DNA of 63,778 nucleotides, counting the filler, from Chiloscyllium plagiosum (Eukaryota), in the NCBI RefSeq assembly GCF_004010195.1. It is 3 parts of one record of this genome, joined end to end, with 100 filler letters (N's around TTAATTAATTAA, not from the genome) between each part and the next. Parts side by side here need not be neighbours in the genome. Positions count along the whole stretch, not along the records: positions 1 to 30,702 come from NC_057717.1; 2 more parts are not named here. The stretch is one strand, 5' to 3'. Positions within the stretch are counted from its first letter, which is position 1, and the number at the start of each line of letters is the position of its first letter. The notes beneath the pieces are model-generated. The model searched no databases and was not told where the DNA came from. It saw only the letters and a list, made by a program, of their open reading frames with translations. A program made the position numbers and the translations under genes. This document shows positions 1-12,206 of this stretch, piece by piece.

Positions 1-91
<91 letters not shown>
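1..91. repeat. (CA)n microsatellite, truncated by window edge
   Basis: Uninterrupted CA dinucleotide run. Confidence 0.99.
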
Positions 92-93
<2 letters not shown>

Positions 94-531
94 CTCTTCA
101 TGAAGCACCTCAAGGGATATGCCAGGAAGTGAGCAACAGCCCAGAACACACTCCCCTGTCCATGGAGTGACACATGGGACACAGCGGGAAGTGAACAACA
201 GCCTGGCACATTACATTATTTCTGAACTTCATAATACCAGTATTCGATACAATACACTACCAAAAAGCAAGGCCAGAGAAAGATACAGATAGACAGACAC
301 ATTCACATTAGAAACGGACAATTAAGACAGAAACAGAGCATGGTGTTGAAATATGAAAAAACAACAAGGGAGTGGGTCCATCTGGAGCAGTGAGACCTTG
401 GCGGGTCAGGTCACAAGAATGAGAACATTGAATAAAGGCATTGCCAGATCAGCTGACTAAATTTGTTCACTAAATTCTGAATTTGCCTCACAGAACAAAC
501 GCAGAAACGATAAACTGGGACAAATAGACAA

Positions 532-1131
532 CCCAGCATGGCTGATTATGCCAGTATATTGCTCAGTTACCCGGACTATCTGGCCAACATGGGAGGCTGT
601 GCAGTCTCTGCCAGTGTATTGCTCAGTAAACTGGACTATCTGCCCAGCATGGGAGGCTGTGCAGACTTTCCGAGTGCATTGCTCAGTAAACTGGACGATC
701 TGGCCAGCATGGAGAGCTGTGCAGACTATCCCAGTGTATTGCTCAGTGAGGTGGACTATCTGCCCAGCATGGGTTGCTGTGCAGACTATGCCAGTGTATT
801 GCTCAGTAAGGTGGACTATCTGCCCAGCATGGGAGGCTGTGCAGACTTTCCCAGTGCATTGCTCAGTAAACTGGACGATCTGGCCAGCATGGAGAGCTGT
901 GCAGACTATCCCAGTGTATTGCTCAGTGAGGTGGACTATCTGCCCAGCATGGGGAGCTGTGCAGACTATCCCTGTGTATTGCTCAGTAAGGTGAACTATC
1001 TGCCCAGCATGGGAGGCTGTGCAGACATTCCCAGTGTATTGCTCAGTAAACTGGACGATCTGGCCAGCATGGAGAGCTGTGCAGACCATGTTAGTGTATT
1101 TCACAGTAAGCTGTCCAGCTGCCCAGCATGG
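532..1131. repeat. 60-bp minisatellite (~10 copies) with a 3-monomer (180-bp) higher-order period, in the predicted GPCR intron
   Basis: Consecutive 60-nt lines align (gcagactatcccagtgtattgctcagtaa..ggactatctgcccagcatgggaggctgt). The variant ctggacgatctggccagcatggagagc recurs at 691, 871 and 1051. Confidence 0.97.
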
Positions 1132-2145
1132 CAGTATTGCAAAGCTTTGCCGGTATATTGCTGCTACATTTGCACTGCGTAACTGCCTAACACGGGACAA
1201 TTTGCAACCCATACTCCGAGTGACAGTAAATGGGCTCCCACAAATTAATGTCTCTTAATCTTCACGCATCAGTACAAGACAAGGGGTTTTATGTGTGCAT
1301 ATGTGTGTGGTTCTGGGGCAGTGTTAGATGTGAAACTCATTGTCTAACAGAGAGCACACTTGGAGGAAATCAGTTTAAATATGAACAACTGATCGGGCTT
1401 GGTATAATGGACAGAGAGAGATAGTTCATGGGCAGCTGTTAATGACGTTCTTGAGAATATTAAATAAAGGCATTGCCGGACCCAATAGCATTATAGATCA
1501 GTATGCACAGGAATGATGGATGGATGGGGAGCTCTGTGTGATATAGATATGAGGTGTGGAGTATTGACGCAGAGTTGTTTCTGCAGGTTAGCCGCTGTGA
1601 GTGTCAGCAACAGACGAATGCCATCTTTAAGACTGTATTTCACAGCTCATGGTTCAAATAGCAGATGGGATAAAACAGTGAAGTATATACTGGATTTATC
1701 AGTAGTTATAATTAGGAATGGTCAGGGTATTGTGTCAGGAATTGGTTCATGTCCAAAGGGATCACCACTGTTGTTATTTGTCTATTTCAGCTTCAGATAT
1801 TAGCCGGGGATGAGATGGAGTCAGAGGTAGGAAATGCAATTTGTAACCAGAACAGAAGATAATGACCTCAATGCTTTCAATAGTTAGATAGCAAGTGCAG
1901 TAATACAGCGAATCATGGTTCACAGCTGAAACTGAGCAAGTCAACATACCAACCCATGAGTAACACTCACAGAAGCAAAGAGGGAGAGAGTGGTTTAACA
2001 ATTTAGTAGTGGTTTGTCAAGTGAATATGTGGATTTAGAGTCTTAGCAGGAACAATAACAGTGGCAAGGAGGGTAGACTGAATGAAAGAACAGTATTACT
2101 GTCAAACATGATTTATAGAATTAATGACTGAACAGTGCGACTTAC

Positions 2146-2326
2146 CAGGTACACCAACAAAAGCCAGGATTGGATAATAAAAATATTGCATAATGTAAAG
2201 TACATATTTGATCTGCCACGATAATGACCTTCGATCATAATACGTAGAAAGAAACCAAACATCCCAATATAAACTCCTGTCCATTCTTGGGACATTCCAG
2301 TCTAATGTTCCCAGATTCTGATTCAT
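2146..2326 (-). CDS. First coding exon of a GPR139/GPR142-like orphan class A GPCR (N-terminus and start of TM1); downstream exon(s) outside the window
   Basis: ATG at 2326 reads MNQNLGTLDWNVPRMDRSLYWDVWFLSTYYDRRSLSWQIKYVLYIMQYFYYPILAFVGVP plus 1 nt, followed by a perfect donor G|GTAAGT (2145-2140). The YYP(I/V)L..(V/L)G(V/L)P motif ending in a phase-1 intron just before the TM1 Asn matches what I recall of GPR139-family exon 1. The start codon choice is uncertain. Confidence 0.8.
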
Positions 2327-3169
2327 TGTTGAAACATTCCAGACTCTTGTGCTCAGACTCTGATCTCTCCCCCCTGTCTCTCTGGAGCTGCTGATTCCTG
2401 TTAACACTGTCGGCGATGCTCCCACTGGTACGTGGGATAACACATTGAACGGAGCCCACTTATCATTAAAAGATGGAAACCCTCCACTGGGGTAATTGCA
2501 ACCCATGGCGACTAACATTAATCACAGTCACTGAATAAACAGGTACTTTTAACCCTTCCTGACATCACTTTCAATATCCCAATAAAAGAGAACATTTACT
2601 CGGTGTGGGTGGAATGGATGGGCATTGCTTAGGGATGGACCATAAATCTTTCAATATTCTTATTGCTTCTTTTGTGTGTGGTAGTAGTGCCAGAACACTG
2701 CAGGACTGTGTATATTACATACTGTTTATAAACGGCGACAGTGAAAAAGTAACAGACCCGCTGCATAAGGTGACTGGTGGGGTAATTTCCAGAGCCAATA
2801 AACCAGTGTATATATTTATTGTCCATTTACTTTGTGTCATATTGCTCCTGGTTTTATGTGCACTGTTGTCAAATTCTTCCATAACCTTGGGACATCATTC
2901 AGAGCTTCGAGACTGCTGTGCAGGAACACCAGGAAGTAATTCTGTCCACTCGCCCCTCTTACAAAGGGATAGAGGAGGCCATTCAGCCTCTCAAGTTTGT
3001 AACAGAGGGACCGGAGGGGGTCATTCTGTTTCTTGAGTCTGTTATACAGTAACTATCAGTTGTAAAATACTTATGGAGAAGAATACTCCGAATATTAATT
3101 TTAAAGTTTTAAGTTGACTCAGGCCAACTTTGAACGTTTTATGTTGACACTTTCAAAATCTGCTTTGGA

Positions 3170-4680
3170 GAAGCTTTTGGCGGGAAAGTGGGAGGCCTTC
3201 ACAAATGAGTTACAGAGTCTACTGACAGCATGTTACTGTCCATGAGCAGGGTAAGGTTGGTAGGTGTCGGGAATGCTGAATAGCGAGCAGAATTGAGGCT
3301 CTGTTCAAGAAAAGGCGGAAGCATAAGATAGGTACAGACAGTAGGCATCGAGTGAATCCATTGTGGAGTACCAGGGATAACGGCTAATACCCAAGAGGGA
3401 AATCAGGAGGGCAAAATGGGGACATCAGATGTCTTTCGTAAATAAGGTAAGGGACATTCCAAAGTGATTCTACAAATACATTAAGGTCAAAAGAGTAACT
3501 AGAGAGAGAACAGGACCCCTTAAAGATCAGCAAATTGACCTATATGTGGAACTACACAAGATCGGTGAGATAATAAATATTTTGCATCAGTATTTACTGT
3601 GGAGTAGGATATGGAAGGTCGAGAACTTGGGGAAATGAATAGTGATATCTTGAAATTTGTCCATATTACAGAAGATGAGGAGCTGGATATTTTAAAATGC
3701 ATTAAGGTGGTTAACCCCCTCTGACCTTTTAAGTGACTCTTGGTTAGGCACATGGATTTTAGTATAATGAAGGGCATGAAGGTTAGTCTGACCTTTGAGT
3801 AGGATAAACTGCCGGCACAACATCAGCAGCTCAAAGGCCCGTACTGTGCTGCACTGTTCTATGATCCATGAACTGATCAGGTGTACTCCAGATCCGTTGG
3901 GAAGCTAGCGAAGTAATTGTTCGGTCTCTGGCTGAGATATTTGTATCATGGACAGTCGCAGGTAGGGTTGTGCCATTGTTTAAGAACAGTTGGTAAGGAA
4001 AATCCAGGAAACTGTAGACAAGTGGGACTGATGTCATTGTTTGGGAATGTTGTTGGAGGGGATTCAGAGGGACAGCATTTACTTTTGTTTAGAAATGCAA
4101 ATTCCGATTAGCAATAGTCAACATGACTTTGTGTGTGGGAAATCGTATCCCACTAATTTGTTTAGCATTTTGAAGAAGTGACGAATAAGATTGACGAAGG
4201 CACAAAAATAGAACTATGGAATACAATATAGACTTTAGTAAAGCATTCAAAAAAGGTTCTGCATGGTAAACTGGTTAGCATGGTGAGATCACATGGAATA
4301 CAGGGAGAGTTGGAGGTAATTGGCTCGAAGGTAATAGTCGAAGTAAATGTTTGTGAACTGTTATTTTTTTGGACTGGAGGCCTGTGACCAGCAGTGTACC
4401 ACAAGGATCGAATGGATGTTGTCATTTTATATAAATGATTTGGATGAGAATGCAAGAGGAATGGTTAGTGAGTTTGCAGATAACACCAAAATTGGTTAGG
4501 TAGTGGACAGTGAAGATAGTTAACTCAGAGTAAAGTGGGACGCTGATCAGATAGGCTAAAGGGCCGAGGAGTGGCTGGTGGAGTTCATGTTGGACAAACG
4601 GAAGGTGTAACATTTTGTTGAGGCAAATTGTGTTAGCATTTATAGGTAGGATCCTGGGAAGTGTTTTCGAACACAGACAG
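3170..4680 (+). mobile_element. Decayed CR1-clade (HER1-like) LINE, ORF2/RT region
   Basis: Degenerate RT-region motifs: FYKYIK.KRVTRE.GPLKDQ, K.NPGNCRQVGL, DFSKAF, FADNTKIG. Many stops and frameshifts. Confidence 0.85.
3728..3870 (+). mobile_element. 5'-truncated LINE 3' tail nested inside the CR1 copy
   Basis: Ends in aaggcccgtactgtgctgcactgttctatg (CR1-type 3' end) and interrupts the host K.PGPDQVY-coding sequence. Confidence 0.65.
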
Positions 4681-4689
4681 CTACATACA

Positions 4690-5036
4690 AATTATAGATG
4701 CCCTGCAGTGTGGAACCAGGCCATTCGGCCCACCAAGTCCACACTGACCCTCCAGATAACATCCCGACCAAAACACCCAAACATTACCCCGGTAACTCTA
4801 CATTTCCCATAGACAATCCAACGAACCTGCACATCCCTGGATACTGTGGAACAATTTGGTGAGGTCACTCAACCTAACCTGGACATTTTTGGCGGTGAGA
4901 GGAAAACCAAACACCCAGAGGAAAGTCACGCACACACGAGGAGAGCGTGCAAGCACCGCACAGAATGTCACCAAAGGGTGGAATCGAACCCAGGTTATTG
5001 GTGCTGTAAGGCAGTACTGCTCGCCACTGTGACACT
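4690..5036 (-). mobile_element. tRNA-derived SINE (HE1/V-SINE type), diverged
   Basis: Reverse strand has B box GGTTCGATTCC, a V-domain-like body and a LINE-derived tail; homologous to the copy at 28275. Confidence 0.85.
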
Positions 5037-5394
5037 CAATGACCAGCTGCGCGAGAAACTGCATCCTCCCACTTTCTCTGGATCTGTCACATCTGTTCAA
5101 ATGATGCCGAATTTCAGTGTGGGGCTTCCGACAAGCCTTCCTTTACCTCCACAGGTCCTTAAGCTGTGACTGACACATTGCCTGCTCTTTGCCCTCACCC
5201 CTTCCCCTCTTCTCAGATCAAGTTGTCCATTAATACTGCAGCATGCAAGATAATTGCTGATCTAAAATAAAACAAAGAGCTGCATATACTGCAGATCGAA
5301 AACAAAAGCTGTTCTGATGAAGAATTCCCAAATTAAAAATGTTGACTCAATCTCTTCCTACAGAGGATTAGGAAAAAGTGAATTCTGAAGTGAA

Positions 5395-5490
5395 TTCCTG
5401 ATGAAGGGCTTATGACCGAAATATAGACTTTCCTGCTCCTTGGATGCACCCTAACCTGCTGTGCTATTCGAGGGCCAAACGTTCGATTTC
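5395..5490 (+). mobile_element. Degenerate Penelope terminal-repeat fragment with decayed hammerhead motif
   Basis: cctgatgaagggcttatgaccgaaatatagactttcctgctccttggatgc resembles 8470-8560 and 29546-29670. Confidence 0.75.
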
Positions 5491-5759
5491 CCTCCTTCAA
5501 ATGTTACCAGAGCAATCGGGTTTTGCCTGCAAACGCTTGTATATCTAATTTCCTGTTTAGAACGTACACATATTTCTCTGCAGTATTGACTTCCATACAC
5601 ACCTCCCACCAGTGTTTGCTTGTACTTCTTGTTTATAACCTCCAGTCAAATTGTTTCTGTGTAATGTGATTGCTAGGATGAGATGAATGGTAGATTCAGC
5701 GAGATCTTTTCTGAGGCCTTCCTTGATGTCACAAAACCTCGCTGCACTTTGTTCGAACA

Positions 5760-5890
5760 ATATATGAATTGGAAAGGCGGAGAAGGATATTGGCCAAGTG
5801 CAGGGAATTGGGGTTAATGTGGACGGACATTTTGGTTGGTATGGACAAGTTTTTGCTGAAGGGCCTGTCTCCGTGCAGGACTGTAAATGA
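5760..5890 (+). mobile_element. CR1 LINE 3'-end fragment
   Basis: ggatattggccaagtgcagg...gaagggcctgtctccgtgc tail, similar to 25555-25655. Confidence 0.7.
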
Positions 5891-5904
5891 AAGTGGTTTT
5901 GTGT

Positions 5905-6650
5905 ACAGACAGAAGGGTGAGATTGAGCAACAATATCATGGAAGGATGTGCTCACAGGTTTCAGAATGCTGAGATATACACATTTCGATAGCATCAGGCA
6001 AAATAAGCCAGTATTACCAGGAATGATGGTGAACAGAATATAGGTGTGAGTTCAGATGATGGAGAGTTGTGGATGAGGATTTGTTCTGCAGCTCTTTATC
6101 TGTGAATGGGGTCAGCAGAGTCTTCAACCCATCTGTCTGAATGTCACAATAATTTATCTTTGAGTGATTTTCATTGAGTGTGACAGGGTGATTTTCTGCA
6201 CGAGGCCGAGCTAGTTTCCTGATGCTATCTTATAGAACTCACCTCATTAACTACCCACCCTAACCCATGGTGTCACTCTCATTCAATGTTAAACCGATTC
6301 TCCCACCCACTTTGGTTGGAGGCACCCACCGTCGCCTAGATGCCGCTGGATATTCCATTATCCCTGGCACTGGTGCCATCTTTAAAAGGTCAATGGGCAA
6401 TCGATTGAGCTTTCCTCAGTTTGGAGCTGCCATGTACTTTTTACCCAGAGCATAGCAGATAAGGGTCAATTATACCACGGTTTGTCAACAAGGTCACAGA
6501 TATCTTGGCCGATGGGTTAGTACATCTCTTCCCAGAGTGGGCCACACCACCAGACCCAGCGAGCATGAACTGAACTCACTACCCAGCTTAGTGCAGTATC
6601 TGCGATCAGTAGCAATGTCCAGCAATACAGGACAAACATCGATAACACAC
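5905..6650. repeat. Unclassified ~750-bp dispersed sequence (copy A)
   Basis: Collinear inverted homolog at 63035-63778 and a partial direct homolog at ~17325-17445. Confidence 0.9.
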
Positions 6651-6659
6651 CTCTTCCTA

Positions 6660-8565
6660 CTGCCCCCTTGACCATGACCCCACCTCCCACCACCAAACTA
6701 TCATCTCCCAGACCATACATAACCTCATCACCTCAGGGGATCTCCCATCCACCGCCTCCAACCTCATCGTCCCACAACACCGCACCGCCCGTTTCTACCT
6801 CCTGCCCAAAATCCACAAACCTGACTGCACCAGCCGACCCATTGTCTCAGCCTGCTCCTGCCCCATAGAACTCATCTCTACGGTCCTGTTCCCCTTAGTA
6901 CAAGAACTCCCCACCTACATTCGCCACCCACGCCCTTCACCTCCTCCGTGATTTTCGCTTCCCCGGTCTCCAACGCCTTACCTTCACCATGGACCTGCAG
7001 TTCCTTTACACCTCCATCCCCATCACGAATGCCTCAAAGCCCTCCGCTTTTTCCTTTCCAGCCAACCCAACCAGTAGCCTTCCACTGACACCCTCCTTCG
7101 ACTGACTGAACTGTTCCTCACTCTGAACAACTTCTCTTTCCAATCCTCCCACTTCCTTCAAACCAAAAGTGTAGCCATGGGCACCCGCATCGGCCCCAGC
7201 TGTGCCTGCCTCTTCGTGGGATATGTGGAACAATCCATCTTCCGCAGCTACACTGACACCACCCCACCACCTTTTCATTTGCTACGACCCCAAATTTGGC
7301 TGGACCATCTCAGACTCTTGCCTCCCCTTCTTAGACCTCTCCACTTCTATCTCGGGTGACCGAGTCAACACGGACATTTACTATAAAGCGGCCGACTCCA
7401 AAAGGTACATAGATTACACCTCCTCCCACCCTGCCCATTGTAAAAATGCCATCCCATATTCCTAATTCCTTCGCCTCCACCAAGTCTGCTCCCAGGAGGA
7501 CCAATTCCAATACTGAACAACCCAGATGGCCTCCTTCTTCAAAGACCGCAATTTCCTCTCAGACGTGGTTGACGATGCTCTCCACCGCATCTTCTCCACT
7601 TCCTGCTCCTCCTCCATTGAACCCCGCCCCTCCAATCGCCACTAGGACAGAACCCCACTGGTCCTCACCTTCCACCCCATCAACCTCCAGATACATCGTA
7701 TCATTCGCCGTCATTTCCGCCACCTCCAAACAGACGCCATCACCAAGGATATATTTCCCTCCCCTCCCCTATCAGCGTTCCAGAAAGACCACTCGCTCTG
7801 CGACTTCCTCGTCAGGTCCACACCATCCACCAACCCAACCTCCACTTCCGGCACATTCCCCTGCAACTGCAAGAAATGCAAAACTTGCGCCCACACCTCA
7901 CCCCTCACTTCCCTCCAAGGCCCCAAGTGATCCTTCCTTATCCGTCACAAATTCAACTGCACCTTCACACACATCTTTTACTGCGTCTGCTGCACCCGAT
8001 GTGGCCTCCTCTACATTGGGGTCACCTACCCGCGGAACGTTTCATAGAACACCTCTGGGACACCCGCACCAACCAACCCAACCGCCCTGTGGCTGAACAA
8101 TTTAACTACCCCTCCCACTCCGCCAACGACATGCAGGTCCTTGGCCTCCTCCATCGCCAGACCATGGCAAGAAGACGCCTGGAAGAAGAGCACCTCATCT
8201 TCTGCCTAGGAACCCTCCAACCACAAGAGATGAACTTAGATTTCTCCAGCTTCCTCATTTCCCCTCCCCCACCTTATCTCAGTCCCAACCCTCGGACTCA
8301 GCATCGCCTTCTTCACCTGCAATCTTCTTCCCGACCTCTCCAACCCACCCCCTCTCCGGTCTAACACCCTCACCTTAATCTCCTTCCACCTATCGCATTC
8401 CCAACGCCCCTGCCCCAAGTCCCTCCTCCCTACCTTCTATCATCACCTGCTTGGCACAACTTCCTCATTCCTGAAGAAGGGCATATGACCGAAACGTCGA
8501 TTCTCCTGCTTCTTTGATGATGCCTGACCTGCTGCGCTTTTCCAACAAGCCATTTTTCAGCTCTC
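6660..8565 (+). mobile_element. Penelope-like retroelement (RT + GIY-YIG endonuclease), pseudogenized, with 3' terminal repeat
   Basis: Across frames: RTARFYLLPKIHKP, RPIVSACSCP, LTLNNFSF, VAMGTRIGPSCACLFVGYVEQ, LPFLDL, DIYYK..DS..YIDYTSSHP, the GIY-YIG-type IFYCVCCTRCGLLYIG, ERFIEHL and RRRLEEEHLIFCLGTLQP. Contains stops and frameshifts. Confidence 0.93.
8466..8503 (+). ncRNA. Minimal type I hammerhead ribozyme motif in the Penelope terminal repeat (stems imperfect)
   Basis: CTGAAGA (8471-8477), mutated stem II GGGC-atat-GACC, GAAAC (8491-8495), GTC. Confidence 0.7.
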
Positions 8566-8689
8566 ACCTGGCATAATCCATTAGACTACCATTATCACCA
8601 AGCCAATCTATGTTTCAGTGCTGTATGAGTGAACATGCCAGTTTCAGAACCATGTGTAAACCTGATGGCAACCCGCTGAACCTAGCACA

Positions 8690-9310
8690 ACTGTCTGCAT
8701 CTTTCCAAACAGTAGAACTGACATCTGATAGACAGGGTGCAATTCACCCGTGGCCAACTGACCAACGGTCCTGCCACATTCAGTCATAAATATCGATGGA
8801 CCATGAAACAGCTCACTGTCAGAGAGGGCTTCACAACTATCTCCATCCTAAATAATGGAACAGCCCGGTACATCAATGTAAAAGACAAGGATGCAGTATC
8901 TGCACCATCCTCAGCCAGAAGTGTTGAGTGGATGATCCACCTCACCCTCATCATGATGCCAAAAGAATCACACATGCCAGTCTTCGATTAATTTAATTCA
9001 CTGTACATGGCATGAAGAAACAGCTGAACACAGTCGATACGAGAAAGGCAATGGGCCCTGACGCCATTCCTGCAATAGGACTGAAGACTTGTCCTGCACA
9101 ACAGTCCGTGTCCTTAGGGAAGCTGTTTCATTCCAGCTCCAACTCTGACATCCCCCTGGCAATGTGGAAAATTGCTCAGCTATGTCCAGTCCTCTAAGGG
9201 GGGAATACTTACAATCTGACCAATTATCACCCCCTCAGTGCCATCATGACGGTCAAATGGTGGGAGTTCTTTTTGACAGATCTGTCAAGCAGCACAGACG
9301 TAACATGCTC
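8690..9310 (+). mobile_element. Decayed LINE ORF2 fragment (CR1/L2 group, different family from the HER1-like copies)
   Basis: KAMGPDAIPAIGLKTC, WKIAQLCPV and NY.P.S motifs, which precede an RT domain. Confidence 0.75.
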
Positions 9311-9349
9311 AGTGTAGTTTCCAATAGGTCCCCATGTGGAGGTGGTGCT

Positions 9350-9620
9350 GTTGTGGAAATGGCACTGTATTACTAATCCAGACCAGGCTAATGCTCTGGC
9401 AGATGGTGGAAGTTAAAAACAACTAATAAAATATCGAGATTTGAAATCTGGTGTCAGTAACAGTGACCCTGAAATCAATGTCGATTGTAAACTTCAATTT
9501 GCTTCCCCAATGTACTTTATGGATGTGAATTCTGTTCTGGTGAATCCTATGCTTTCTTGGCCTGGCCTAAAAGTGACTCCAGACACACAGACATGTGATA
9601 AACTGTTCAATGGTCTCTAA
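9350..9620 (+). mobile_element. Old SINE-like interspersed repeat fragment
   Basis: tactaatccagac...ggcagatggtggaa...ggcctggcctaaaagtgactccagacacacag; related sequence in the opposite orientation at ~26650-26860. Confidence 0.5.
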
Positions 9621-9799
9621 ACCGGTCAAGCAAGACACTAAATTGTACTGATGTGCTCCGAGGTTTGGGAGGGTAAAACCGACAGAACACCCAGCTACAG
9701 CCTCAGTATCGGAAAAGGGAATGGGAAACACAGTCCTGTTGACCCCGCAGAGACCTCCTTCTTAATATATCTGAGCTTGTGACAGCCGTACCCCAGCTG

Positions 9800-10330
9800 T
9801 CTCCTGATCCCTTTCGTGTCTAGAAATCTTTATTTATATCCCCTGTTTTGGCTTCAACAGCCTGATGCGGTAGAGAATTTCCCAGGGTCACCACTCTCTG
9901 AGGGCACCACTCTCATCTCAGTACAGAGCGGCCTGCCTGTACCTAATACTGTGACCTCTTGTTTTGGACAACCCAGCCAGGGGAATTATCATCCTTGCTT
10001 CCAATCTGTCTCGTCCTGTCAGTGTTTTGAAATATTTCATTAAGATCTCCACTCATTTTCCTAAAGCCCAAGGAATATAGGTCCACTCGCCCCAAACTCT
10101 ACTCCCTCAACAAGTGTGTCATACCAGAGATCAGTCTGGTCATCTTTCTCTGCTCTCCCTCAATGTCAGGTTTGTCCTTTATTAAGTAAGGAGACCAACA
10201 TTGCACACAATACTGCAAAATGTTCGAGACGGGTGTCTCCCCAAGGGCCTGTAGAGTTGCAGTAATACACCCTTACACTTGTGTTGAAATCCCCCTCAAA
10301 TGATGGTCAACACAGCCTTTACCTTCCTAC
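9800..10330 (-). mobile_element. Decayed CR1 LINE 3' region
   Basis: Reverse strand encodes a YCVQCWSPYLIKD-like CR1 ORF2 C-terminal motif (10180-10215). Confidence 0.7.
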
Positions 10331-10559
10331 CTGTTTTGTGTTTCTGCAATATTGCTTTCATGACTATTGTGCAGGGAGATCCGAACTTTTCAATGCTGTA
10401 GCTACCTACATGCTGGGTCTGTGTACGCTGGTTAGTGTGCCAATATCATTCCCAGTATTGACTTCTGGCATCAGAACTCACTGCCCTGAACTGAACATGG
10501 AGGTCTGCGCAGAAGAAACCAAAAAGGCATCAATCCCTTTAAAGATGAAAATGTTTCAC

Positions 10560-12206
10560 CCAATCCATTTTCGAATTATAGGTTGCTGTTCTATTGTTTC
10601 CACCAAAATACACACCGTCATATCCACCCCCATTGCTCTTCATTGTACTTGTCTCAATCACTTTGGAACTTTTCTTTTAATATACTCCTCACCCACTCAT
10701 TATCCAACATAATTTAGTGTCGTCAACAGACTGAGTTATACTGTATTTGATTCTCTCAACCAAATGTTTGTGATGTATTGGGAATAGCTGGAGCCAAAGC
10801 ACCGATCCCTGTGACATCCAAAGATCCTTGCACTTCAAAACAGAATGTTCTATTCCTGTTCACTGTTTCCTGTCAGCTCTCCCATTCGAAAACCATGTTC
10901 ATATTTTAGCCCCAACCCTGTAACATTTGACTTTGCACACAAGGCCAGAGTTTTTACCAAAATCTTTCTGAAAATCCAAATGCACTGTATCCATTGCTTC
11001 ACCGTATGTACAGACCAGTCAGTTTCTCAAATATGATTCCCATTTCATGTTGACGCATTACATAAGAACTAGGAAAACTAATAAGAACATGGCTGATCAT
11101 TTCGTGGCCTCAGCTCTACTTGCCCGTCCGCTCACCATAACCATTAGTTCCTTTACTGCTCAAAAAAGTATCTATCTGAGCTTCAAACACATTCAATGAC
11201 AAAGCTTCAACTATTTCCCTCAGCAGGGAATTCCACCGATTCAGAAACGTCTTGATCAAGACGTTCCTTGTGAATTCAGCCCTAAATCTGCTCGACCTAA
11301 TTTTGAGACTTTGCCCTCTTGTCCTAGTTTCACCTACTACTGAAAACATCCTCTCTATTTCTACCTGATCTATTTTCTTCATAATTACATATGTTTCTAT
11401 CAGATCCTCCCTCATTTTTTCAAACTCCAATCAATATATAATTCCAGTCTACTCCGACTCTCCTCATCAGCGAATCCCTTAAACTCCGGAACCAACCTAG
11501 TGAACCTCCTCTGCATCCACCGCAGTGCCAGGACATCATTTCTCATGTGAGGAGACCAAAACTGCACACAATACTCCAGGTGTGGTCTCACCAGCATCCT
11601 GTACAGCTCCAACATAACCTCCTGCTTTTAAATCAATCCCTTTAGCAATTCTATTTGCCTCGTTAATTACCTGTTGCACCTGCAGAGCAACTTCTGTGAT
11701 TCATGCACAAGGACACCCAAGTCCCTCTGCACAGAAACCTACTGCATTTGTTTTAGCATGCAAGTAATAGTCCTTTTCACTGGTATTCCGATCAAAATGG
11801 ATGACTTCGCATTTATTACAATTGTACTCCATCTGCAGGCCTTTGCCCACTCATTTAAACTATTTATGTTCCTTCGTAAAGTTTCGCATTCCTCTGCACA
11901 CTTTGATCTAACACTCATCTTAGTATCATCTGCAATCTTTGAAACACTACATGTGGTGTCCAACTACAAATCGTCCATGTAAGCTGTGAATAAGTTTAAT
12001 CCTAGCACTGATCCCTGAGGCACACCACTAGTCAATGATCAGAAACCAGAAAAAAAACACTCATTTATTCCTACTCATTGCTTCTTGTTAGTTAACCAAT
12101 CCTCTATCCATGTTAATGCATTACCCGTAATGCCACACATTTTTACCTTATGCAGCAGCTGTTTTGGCGGCACTGTGTCGAATGCCTTTTGTAAATCTCA
12201 GTACAC
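10560..12206 (-). mobile_element. CR1 LINE fragments (older piece 10560-11050; younger 3' portion 11060-12206)
   Basis: ORFs give LYRMLVRPHLEYCVQFWSP, QRRFTRLVP, TRTRGQSLKI and SKIADDTK. Confidence 0.92.

Noticed and set aside
2605..3036. 143-aa ORF with a hydrophobic stretch, divergent from the GPCR exon
   Set aside because: Non-ATG start in the track, no recognisable motif, T-rich composition explains the hydrophobicity, and the end runs into repeat-like sequence.
5310..5350. Additional hammerhead at ttctgatgaagaattccc
   Set aside because: CTGATGA is present but stem II and GAAA are not intact; at best a decayed relic.
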